NCBI GenBank assembly: GCA_963977445.1
Contig: CAXBPH010000001.1
Span: 1-64,000 of the forward strand
Source: an uncultured bacterium
GTDB taxonomy: Bacteria; Hydrogenedentota; Hydrogenedentia; Hydrogenedentales; JAEUWI01
DNA: 64,000 nt
Reading direction: 5' to 3'
Shown one piece after another: positions 10,225 through 18,177 of the stretch. A program made the position numbers and the translations under genes. Below the pieces are notes generated by a model. It was not told where the DNA came from. It worked only from the letters and a program-made list of their open reading frames with translations, and ran no database searches. Positions within the stretch are counted from its first letter, which is position 1, and each line of letters starts with the position of its first letter.

Positions 10225-11265
10225 ATGGGTTTAAGTTTAACGAAGACCCTCGAATGCCTCCGCAATCACAGCTCGGCTACCCTGCAAATGGTAACGCGTG
10301 ACGGCACCGTATTTGTCTGCCCCGAATTACAGGGCCGCATTTTCTGCACCCTCGGCGATGAGCTCATCCATCGACTCGATGTCGATCGCGTGGTCGAGCC
10401 CGAACCCGACACCTTCAATAACCTGGGGGGCAATTCCCTCTGGCCCGCCCCCGAAGGAGGCCCCTTCGCCTTCAACTATCCGCCCGACAGCGATGAATGG
10501 TATGTACCGTCCCTCGTGGCCGACGCCGCCGCTTCGGTCATCGATGCGGACAGCGGACAAGCCCTCATTGAAAAGCGGGGCACCCTGACGAATAAAGACA
10601 ACGTGACGGGCTACCTCTCCATGGAGCGGAAAGTCACCATACCCCACGATCATGCCGTCCCCGCAGGCTACACCCTGAAGGGGATACGTTATTTCTGCGA
10701 AGACACCATTACGCCCCTGGCAGAGGTCAGCGCCGAAAACTTCCTCATTGCACCCTGGTCGCTGGAGCAGTTCCCCGGCGGCGAAGGCGTCATCGCTTTC
10801 GGAGCCATGGCAACACCCCAGGACGCCGTGAATGAAGATTATTACGGCATCCCCGGCGACCGCATCCAGCATCACCCCGGCGGCTTCACCTTTGCCCTCG
10901 GCGGCGCCGACCGCCATCAGATCGGCCTTCGCGTCGCCAGTGGACCCCGCCTCGTCGGCTCCCTCGACCCCAAGCGCAAGCTCCTCATCATTCGCAAAAC
11001 CCTGGAGCAAGGGGGCCGCTATTTCAATATTGCCGACAACGCCCAGCCCGAAGGTCCCTGGACCGCCCGGGATTTGTATAGTGTATTCAATGGTGGCGAT
11101 TTGGGATTCTATGAGCTGGAAACCATTGGTGCCCTCCAGACCCACCATGGTCTGGTCGCACCGAGCCGCCTGCACTCTGAAACCCTGATCCTGAAGGGAG
11201 ACCTGGCGGAATTGAAACGCTATTTGCGGGAACGGGAAAACATCAGCTTCATGGAGGCATTCTAG
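10225..11265 (+). CDS. DUF6786-like protein (possible aldose-epimerase-like beta-sandwich)
   Basis: PELQGRI, NLGGNSLWPAPEGGPF and GFYELET motifs recalled for this family. Confidence 0.6.
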   Translation: MGLSLTKTLECLRNHSSATLQMVTRDGTVFVCPELQGRIFCTLGDELIHRLDVDRVVEPEPDTFNNLGGNSLWPAPEGGPFAFNYPPDSDEWYVPSLVADAAASVIDADSGQALIEKRGTLTNKDNVTGYLSMERKVTIPHDHAVPAGYTLKGIRYFCEDTITPLAEVSAENFLIAPWSLEQFPGGEGVIAFGAMATPQDAVNEDYYGIPGDRIQHHPGGFTFALGGADRHQIGLRVASGPRLVGSLDPKRKLLIIRKTLEQGGRYFNIADNAQPEGPWTARDLYSVFNGGDLGFYELETIGALQTHHGLVAPSRLHSETLILKGDLAELKRYLRERENISFMEAF

Positions 11266-12152
11266 TGGGAGAATTACGCGTAGCCCTCGGCTTTGACATG
11301 GAAACCGATATCGGTAGCTGGACCCCCTTCTACGAGGGACTCCGTCCCGGCGGGGCCGCCATTCTCGATACGCTGGCCAAAAACGACGTGACCGGCACCT
11401 TCTTCTTCACCACCGACGCGGCAGAAGAAGCCCCCGAAATCGTCAAAGCGGTGCAGGAGGGCGGCCACGAAGTCGGTGCCCACACCTTGCACCACGAAAC
11501 CATCGGAATTCCCCTCTGGCCCATACCCGGTGCCTTCCCCATCTTGCCGGAAGAAGTGCCCAATCGCCTCAAGCAATGCACCGAGGCCATCGAAGCTATC
11601 GCCGGGGAACGCCCCGTCTCTTTTCGATGTCCCCGCCTCTTTGGCTCCACCGCCGTGACCAACGCCCTTGAAGACCTGGGCTATGTGGCCGATGCCACCC
11701 TGCCCATGTTTCACTTTCGCAATCGCCTGGAGCCCTATCATCCTGCGGCGACCGATTGGACCGTGCCCGGCGATCTCAAGCTGCTCCAAATTCCCAACTT
11801 TGCCGATCTGGGCCTGACCCACCAGGACCCCCACGGCCGCGATCTCGACCAGTGGCCCCTTTTTCGGACGGAGAGTGCCGACGCCCTCCTCGCCCACATC
11901 GATAGCTTCGTCGCCTTTGCCACGGAGCACGGTGTCGAGAATCCCGTTTTGTGTTTCTACATGCACCCCTGGGAATTTCACCCCATGCCCCAGGGCCCGA
12001 TTCACTATGGCGAAGGCGCGGTGCTGCCCGACCCTTTCATTGTAAAAAACTGTGGCGACTACGCGACCGAACAATTGGATATTCTCATCAAGAAGCTCCT
12101 GGCCCAGGGCGCGAAGTTTTACCAGACCCGCCAGTTGGCCGAGATGTATTGA
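11265..12152 (+). CDS. Polysaccharide deacetylase (CE4) family protein
   Basis: FDME.D, GTFFF, HEVGAHTLHH, FRCP and YMHPWEF motifs; GTG start overlaps the upstream stop. Confidence 0.88.
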   Translation: MGELRVALGFDMETDIGSWTPFYEGLRPGGAAILDTLAKNDVTGTFFFTTDAAEEAPEIVKAVQEGGHEVGAHTLHHETIGIPLWPIPGAFPILPEEVPNRLKQCTEAIEAIAGERPVSFRCPRLFGSTAVTNALEDLGYVADATLPMFHFRNRLEPYHPAATDWTVPGDLKLLQIPNFADLGLTHQDPHGRDLDQWPLFRTESADALLAHIDSFVAFATEHGVENPVLCFYMHPWEFHPMPQGPIHYGEGAVLPDPFIVKNCGDYATEQLDILIKKLLAQGAKFYQTRQLAEMY

Positions 12153-12271
12153 TACTCGACGGCGGTAATTGCGCTGACTTTGGAACCCGCGTGGAGTTGT
12201 TTTTCCTATTTTAACCAGGTTATTTCGGTATTAAGGGTTCGGCAATACGAAGCGTACCGGGACAGTTTTTA

Positions 12272-12364
12272 GCCGCGAAGGAACGCAAAGAGCACAAAGA
12301 AAACTACTCTTTGCGTTCTCTGCGTTCTTTTGCGGCCAATAATATTCGTGTCCATTCGTGGCTC
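12272..12364. repeat. Imperfect palindromic intergenic repeat (cgcaaaga / tctttgcg type)
   Basis: gccgcgaaggaacgcaaagagcacaaaga...tctttgcgttctctgcgttcttttgcggc, followed by attcgtgtccattcgtgg. Confidence 0.6.
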
Positions 12365-12432
12365 AATGCCCCGGCGGGCAAACACGCAAGACAATATGTG
12401 AACGAAATTCACCGTAGCGTAATCACAGAGGA

Positions 12433-13599
12433 ATGCCTATCATGCAATTGATACCCGACAAGGAATACAAAGATCGGATTAAGAAGTTTCAGAAGAACAT
12501 CCGCGAGGCGGGCCTCGATGCCGCTCTCGTCCACTCCAATGAAGCAGACTTCGCAAACGTCCGGTACCTGTCAGAATATTGGCCCACCTTTGAATCCGCC
12601 GGCGTATTTGTCCCCGCCACCGGCACCCCCACCCTCATCATCGGACCCGAGAGTGAAGCCTACGCCAAAGGCCGCAGCAAATTGCGCCGCATCCAGATGA
12701 TGGTCGAATACCGCGAATCCGCCGACCCCGAGTACCCCGGCATCCCCGTGGCCACCTTCAAAGACATCGTCAAACAGGCCATGCCCAACGGAAAACTCAA
12801 GAAGCTGGGCCTCGTGGGCTATTCCATCATGCCCCTGCCCGTCTATATGAGCCTCCAAAGCGAGCTCAAAGGCGTCGAACTCATTAAGGCCGACGATACC
12901 CTCATTCACCTCCGTATCGACAAGAGCCCCGACGAACTCCGCCTCGCCAAAAAGGCCTATCAGATCAGCGAAAAAGCCATTGATGCCATCCTCGGCGAAA
13001 TTAAACCCGGCATGACCGAACTCCAGGTCATCGGCATCGCCCAGCGGGAAATCTACAAGCACGGCGGCGAATACGAAGGCCACGCCCTCTACTGCTTCTG
13101 CGGCCCCGCCACGAAACACGCCATTTCCCGGCCGACCCACAACAAAATCAAAAAGAACGAAATCATCCAGCTCAATATCGGTGCCCGCGTCGGTGGCTAC
13201 GCCTCCAGTGTCGGACTCCCCATTTCCATCGGCAAACTACCCGAACGGAAACAGCGCCTCGTCGAATTCGGCCTCGAAGCCCACCACAAAACCAGCGAAC
13301 TCATGAAGGCAGGCAAAGCAGCCGCCGACGTCGTCCGCGAATACGAAGACTTCGTCACGAAACGGGGATTCAAGAAGTACATGCTCTACGGCCCCTGCCA
13401 CGGCATCGGCATGATGGAAGTCGAGCGCCCCTGGATGGAATCCACCTCCGACTACACCCTCAAAGAAAACATGACCTTCCAGGTCGACACCTTCTTCTAC
13501 GACACCGATTTTGGCCTCCGCTGGGAAAACGGCGTACGCGTAACCAAAACAGGCGTCGCAAAAATCTCCAAGAAGCACATGAGACTCGTCCAGCTCTAA
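12433..13599 (+). CDS. Second M24/creatinase-fold hydrolase (atypical metal site)
   Basis: NVRYLS, KSPDEL, PGMTELQV, CHGIGM and GLRWE motifs; shares GPESE and EYP motifs with the 7092 protein. Confidence 0.85.
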   Translation: MPIMQLIPDKEYKDRIKKFQKNIREAGLDAALVHSNEADFANVRYLSEYWPTFESAGVFVPATGTPTLIIGPESEAYAKGRSKLRRIQMMVEYRESADPEYPGIPVATFKDIVKQAMPNGKLKKLGLVGYSIMPLPVYMSLQSELKGVELIKADDTLIHLRIDKSPDELRLAKKAYQISEKAIDAILGEIKPGMTELQVIGIAQREIYKHGGEYEGHALYCFCGPATKHAISRPTHNKIKKNEIIQLNIGARVGGYASSVGLPISIGKLPERKQRLVEFGLEAHHKTSELMKAGKAAADVVREYEDFVTKRGFKKYMLYGPCHGIGMMEVERPWMESTSDYTLKENMTFQVDTFFYDTDFGLRWENGVRVTKTGVAKISKKHMRLVQL

Positions 13600-13636
13600 A
13601 AATCCGAACGAAAAACGCACCCGAAGAAACGCACAA

Positions 13637-13685
13637 CGGGGACAGGCAAGAGGCGCAAGCCAAACGGCCTGTCCCCGATTTTGTT
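13637..13685 (+). terminator. Hairpin after the M24 gene (terminator or REP-like)
   Basis: 11-bp stem cggggacaggc / gcctgtccccg followed by attttgtt. Confidence 0.55.
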
Positions 13686-13917
13686 ATCCAAAGACCAAGC
13701 TTCCCCGTCAACGGGACAACCGAAACGTAGCGTTTTCAACTATCAATTGCGTGCCCTTCGTTGCCCCCATGATTTCACCGTTGCAAAACGGTTGCAGTAC
13801 TATCGATAGAAAAGCACTGCATCAGCCGCATGAATTCGTAGAATCTTCCCTGAGACCCTACCAAAAAGTAACAGGCAAACAAATCGTCCTGCAGAAGTTG
13901 GTCTCTATACACATTTT

Positions 13918-14814
13918 CTACTTTGAGTGACCAACAGAACCTCGCACAAGCTCCAAGAAGTCACTCTCTCGAAGAATTCGAATATTGTGGCCTTTGCTAA
14001 TCAGTTGCTCCGCCTTTAAATGCTTGCTGCTCTTTGACTTTCCTGCCAATCGCGAAACATCCTGGTCGCCAACCACGAGTAGGCTTATTTTCTTGCTCAC
14101 GGTAGAAGAAACTGAACAACCAACGCTCGCTGCCAAGTCCGCCGCCTCTCCACGTGAGACTATCAGCGCGCCAGTAAATACCATGACTTCGCCGTAAAGT
14201 TCACCCTCGGGGTTTCCCTCCCTCTTGACGGGCCCACTACTCCCAGACTTTGTAGGCCGTGAACCCATTCGGGAAGATATAGGCTCTTGTACCCGAACGA
14301 GCCACGAGCTCAAATCCAAACCTGTTGTCTCGATAGCTGCTAACAATATTTGAGCACATGCTTTCGCATCCTCTAATGCATCGTGATGCTTGAACTCATA
14401 TCCAATCTTACTGCAAACCGGACCAAGACCATAACCTTTCCACGCGCATTCCTCCCAAGTTCTACGAGCTACTTTTGCCGAATCTAACCACTCAATTTCG
14501 AAGTCAGGAATCAGGTACTTATCAAAAGCCCGGGCGATAGAGACTCGATCAAAATGGGTATGACAAACGCAAATCGAATCGCCTAGAAACTCGCGTATAA
14601 CATCCAGAATCCCAAGGAATGTGGGTGAACCCAAAACAACCTTTTCGTCTATACCGTGGACCTGAACATTGTTAGAGTCAAAGTAATCTTCCGGATCGAC
14701 GTAAGACACCCATTCTCGATAGAGAACACCATTCCGATATTCTGCCAACCCAATCTGGCAGATCGACGCCATATCCGGGTTGGCTGTTTCCACGTCAACA
14801 GCAACAAAATCCAT
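13918..14814 (-). CDS. DEDDh 3'-5' exonuclease (DnaQ-like) fused to C-terminal BRCT domain
   Basis: AVDVETAN, HTHFD and HHDALEDA exonuclease motifs; BRCT-like VFTGAL..SR.EA...VSKK..LLVVGD...SSK..KA. Confidence 0.9.
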   Translation of the reverse strand: MDFVAVDVETANPDMASICQIGLAEYRNGVLYREWVSYVDPEDYFDSNNVQVHGIDEKVVLGSPTFLGILDVIREFLGDSICVCHTHFDRVSIARAFDKYLIPDFEIEWLDSAKVARRTWEECAWKGYGLGPVCSKIGYEFKHHDALEDAKACAQILLAAIETTGLDLSSWLVRVQEPISSRMGSRPTKSGSSGPVKREGNPEGELYGEVMVFTGALIVSRGEAADLAASVGCSVSSTVSKKISLLVVGDQDVSRLAGKSKSSKHLKAEQLISKGHNIRILRESDFLELVRGSVGHSK

Positions 14815-15321
14815 TTACCTCACCCTTTCAATCGCCCCTCGACTACTGCCGTAAATCTCCCAGCAATCTTGAAGCTTCGCCCTACCTATAATGACTATAC
14901 GCCATAAACTCTTCAAATCATCGTCCGAATATCTATGGCGCTTCCCTCCAACTTCCTGCGCGAATCGACGACTCTCGTCACTAAAAAACTCCGTATCTGA
15001 TTTAGTAAAATCACTAAAGTATTCCCAGTATCCGCTACCGTGTTTTCCTGCCACATGAAGGACACCCCGTGAGGCGCAGTACTCTTGAAATCTGCTGTCA
15101 TGCAAGTCATAGTCGTATTCACTCACAAGGCTCAACAAATCAATCTCTTGACAAAGAGACTGCGGAGCGCGCCGCCTCCAAGGCTTCTGTATTTTACGGC
15201 GTGTTGTGCGCTTTCCATTCCCCAACCCGTTAGAATCATTATCAGAATCAATAAGGGCACACCGCTTCTCCTCCGTTTCGATTAGACACTGATGTATCTG
15301 CTCCTCTATCGACGCTACCAT
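14815..15321 (-). CDS. Hypothetical protein directly upstream of the exonuclease-BRCT gene
   Basis: 168-aa ORF with GGAGG RBS; its TAA abuts the exonuclease ATG. Confidence 0.6.
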   Translation of the reverse strand: MVASIEEQIHQCLIETEEKRCALIDSDNDSNGLGNGKRTTRRKIQKPWRRRAPQSLCQEIDLLSLVSEYDYDLHDSRFQEYCASRGVLHVAGKHGSGYWEYFSDFTKSDTEFFSDESRRFAQEVGGKRHRYSDDDLKSLWRIVIIGRAKLQDCWEIYGSSRGAIERVR

Positions 15322-15725
15322 AACCCGTCCTCCACGCCCTGTTCATACAAAGCAATAGCCTTGATAGATTCCGGGTGCTTATTTCTATAGTTCCAAAAAT
15401 TCTTCCCCTACTAAAGCATTCTATTAGTACCAAACTTTCACTAACATTCACAATTTCACACAAATACGCTAATGAGTCCCACAGTAACTCGTATGTGAGA
15501 TATGACACACCGCAGGGCGATGAATACCATTCATGTAATTTTCTGAAAAAGTTTTTAAAAGCAGATCCCGGCATCTTTTCGTGTAATGCGTGGCGGTCCG
15601 TTCAACGGGGGTAGTAGAGATTCGATCACCCCTTCCTCTAGGTGCCAGTGCCCTCTGTGCCAGAATGTTTGAGACAGTCTCGAATGGCGCTTACTTAAGG
15701 ACAGACCGGATATAAAGTGAACCAT

Positions 15726-16051
15726 GGGTGCCACCCTCAAGCGGGGCGGCTTCGCCGTAGGAGCTTGTGGGTGATGAGACATCACGCGAGTGCAGTTCAC
15801 CCCGAGGTAAGTAAAAATCGACACACATCCCCCGGCCATTCGGGATGTTTCTGAATCCACAGCACTCACAAGTACTCGACTGCCGTTGGAGTGGGCTCGT
15901 GATAGAAAGCTCTGGGGACGGGCTAGGTACCATGCTAGCAGGCTTCAGGCGTTAGGAAATCGTGAATGAGTATTGCGTGGACTTTGTTGGGTTGAAGTCC
16001 CTTCACCCACAAACTTCCCCCGCTTCGCTCCTCCGTTTGAGGGTGGCACCC
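15726..16051. repeat. Inverted pair of GGTGCCACCC-type REP-like units flanking ~230 bp
   Basis: gggtgccaccctcaa...ttgtgggtg at 15726-15773 and its reverse complement at 16004-16051. Confidence 0.7.
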
Positions 16052-16190
16052 GGCGTGGGCCTCGAAATTCTACGGGAACTTCCTTAAGTAAGCATCATTC
16101 GAGACATCCTCCTTGTAAGAATTAGTGTTGAGGGCAAGGAACCATTTGATGAGTAGTGAACGTATTTCAGGGAAGAATGCCGATGTAGTT

Positions 16191-16231
16191 GCGTTTGGTG
16201 CCCCGGAACGGACCGGAGGGGCACCAAACGC
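16191..16231. repeat. Perfect 14-bp-stem hairpin
   Basis: gcgtttggtgcccc (16191-16204) / ggggcaccaaacgc (16218-16231). Confidence 0.6.
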
Positions 16232-16383
16232 GGGGGCACCTCGTAATGGGGGCTGTCCCGCGCTATCAGGCCGAGCATAGTTTTGTTCCGACAAGACACT
16301 GGCACGGATACACGTTGATTGGTGGCGAGGAGTGAAACGTTCTTGTTGCAAAACGGTTAAAGTAATCGCCGACCAAACAAGAA

Positions 16384-16420
16384 AAGGCCCAACGAGTTAT
16401 TGTCTAACTCGTTGGGCCTT
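16384..16420 (-). terminator. Hairpin downstream of tRNA-Arg
   Basis: 16-bp stem aaggcccaacgagtta / taactcgttgggcctt with a T-rich tail on the minus strand. Confidence 0.7.
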
Positions 16421-16432
16421 AAATATTTAAAA

Positions 16433-16509
16433 TGGTGCGCCCGACAGGATTCGAACCTGTGACCTCTTGCTCCGGAGGCAAGCGCTCTATCCAGCTGAGC
16501 TACGGGCGC
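16433..16509 (-). tRNA. tRNA-Arg(CCG)
   Basis: Minus strand reads gcgcccgtagctcagctggatagagcgcttgcctCCGgagcaagaggtcacaggttcgaatcctgtcgggcgcacca: 77 nt, cloverleaf, encoded CCA. Confidence 0.97.
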
Positions 16510-16521
16510 CAAGGGATGCAT

Positions 16522-16551
16522 ATAGTATCATGGGCCTTAGTAGCGTGTCTA
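16522..16551 (-). promoter_or_regulatory. Putative sigma70 promoter of tRNA-Arg
   Basis: Minus strand TAGACA-N18-TACTAT with a TG extension, just upstream of the tRNA 5' end. Confidence 0.45.
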
Positions 16552-16567
16552 CTTTTCGACCCGCGCA

Positions 16568-16980
16568 ATCCAGAAGCCAAAACACCCACATTCCCTGCCC
16601 CGAGTACAGAAGCATGCTTGGCTGGGGCACAAAACTCTCACGTACAAGATTAGCTACCTCTCGCTCAGCCTCACCTACCGTTACCCCCTCGTTGGAAAGA
16701 TCCAGGTCCGTAAAGAGCGCGTTTAAATATTGTACGTTCGCTGCCTTCCGAATTGTCTTGTATCCGGTAACATGGTTGGCGTTTGAACTAGAGCGACAGG
16801 GAAACCCGTTCACGGAAAAGTAGCTGTTATCCTACATCGCCTCTAAAGGCGTGGAAAAGCTGTATTCAATATTCCCTGCCGGTAGAGCGCCGATATCTGC
16901 AAATTCACCTGTGCGCAATTCCTGTGAAAGAAAATGCCTCCATCATGTCCCCTGTGAAGCAGAGAGATGAATGTTGAGTT
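16568..16980 (-). pseudogene. Decayed replication protein/primase (RepB-primase-like) fragment
   Basis: SYFSVNGF, LNALFTDLD and PQPSMLLYSGQGMWVFWLL motifs; in-frame TAG at 16832-16834 and an apparent frameshift near 16915. Confidence 0.5.
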
Positions 16981-17028
16981 AGGAATTTTCGGCAAGCGTC
17001 TTCTATGCAGCTTCACTTCGACACTCCT

Positions 17029-17514
17029 CTATCCCTCGTCGTGTGGGCGGTACCTGCCATAAAACCTCCTCGCTGAAATCTCTGCTCCCTTACTCAACAG
17101 CAAACTGTTTGCGAAATCAAGAGCCCTGTCTATACATCCCGAGACGGGAAGCACAGGAAGAAAAGCCAGCATACCAACGGAGATACCCAACACCATCCAC
17201 ATCTGGCCAAGCCAGGTATCAAGTGTATAATCGGACCAGCCTCTGACGAAGCTCCCCACTCTATACGCGAAATAAATCCCAGCAGCGATGACCAAGAAAT
17301 TGACCAAATTACAACAAATACCAATCACCTTCCTACATCGCTGGCAGCGGGAGTATTCATCAGCGGGCCAGAAGGTGGACACAAACCGTTCCCAGTAGCC
17401 CCGCCCCCTCTTACTATAAATGAGGAGCAAAGCAAAGCCCCACCAGCCCAATGTTATAAACAATACGAAAGGAGGATTTCCAAGAATGCTGGGACCCTCC
17501 ATCATTGCACCCAT
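17029..17514 (-). CDS. Hypothetical membrane protein
   Basis: 161-aa ORF with 3 hydrophobic segments in AT-richer DNA; may be a fragment. Confidence 0.4.
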   Translation of the reverse strand: MGAMMEGPSILGNPPFVLFITLGWWGFALLLIYSKRGRGYWERFVSTFWPADEYSRCQRCRKVIGICCNLVNFLVIAAGIYFAYRVGSFVRGWSDYTLDTWLGQMWMVLGISVGMLAFLPVLPVSGCIDRALDFANSLLLSKGAEISARRFYGRYRPHDEG

Positions 17515-18177
17515 ACTCTAGAGTGCTTAGCACCCGTACCAGCCGAACGATCCAGATCGCACTCAACTATTGAAAACACCAAGATAAGCAAAACGCCCGA
17601 CCCGAAAAGCACAAGCAATCGACAACCCTCCCTCGTTCTGGCACGAGGACCGGTCCCCCCGCACGTATCCGCAAACGTAACATACATTCCTATTCAAAAC
17701 AATAACCAATACGCCATGCAAGCTTGCGTAAGTGAGCCGAGCGCCACGCTCCCCCATAGCCATTTGTGCATGCCCCAAAAAAATTGAACGTAACGTGAAG
17801 GCTAGAGTACAAAATACTTTGGTCGACCTTCCCCCCGAGGCCCCCCTACCCTTCCTCCAACGAGTAACAAGCCTACCCCCCCCCTGCACGTTGCGCCCCG
17901 CTGCGGGGACGCTCTTCCAGCGTATGGCATACCAAGCCCAGTTAGAGGCCCTTTCCCCTTGTTCTGTCACTCTACCGACCCGTCCAATCCCATTAAATTC
18001 GCCACGCCTTCGCCCCGGAAGCGCGCCAGTCGATAGCCCGGTGCGACCGACCCGGTAGAACGACGTCTCATCGCATTGAATCCACGGTAAGGCAATCCCC
18101 CGGAGGGCTGGGGGGCGACGTGCGTATTCACGACATGGGATGACGGAGGGATTCAACGGAACGGGTTCGGGGCTCAA

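Larger units (their letters stand above)
13780..16364. mobile_element. Small AT-richer genomic islet at the 3' side of tRNA-Arg, no integrase visible
   Basis: Composition visibly AT-richer than the flanks; 18/20 direct repeat gttgcaaaacggtt(gc/aa)agta at 13780-13799 and 16345-16364. Confidence 0.55.

Noticed and set aside
13600..13920. Duplicated tRNA-Arg 3' end (classical attR)
   Set aside because: I found no copy of tggtgcgcccgacagg at the far side of the islet.
13918..14814. Housekeeping dnaQ
   Set aside because: The BRCT fusion, atypical composition and islet location argue against the replicative epsilon subunit, so the symbol is withheld.
15248..15614. ORFs in the AT-rich stretch upstream of the islet genes
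   Set aside because: Overlapping short ORFs on both strands with no motifs; more consistent with promoter DNA.
17563..18177. 204-aa ORF following the HDOD kinase
   Set aside because: Arg/Gly-rich composition without motifs; more likely non-coding.
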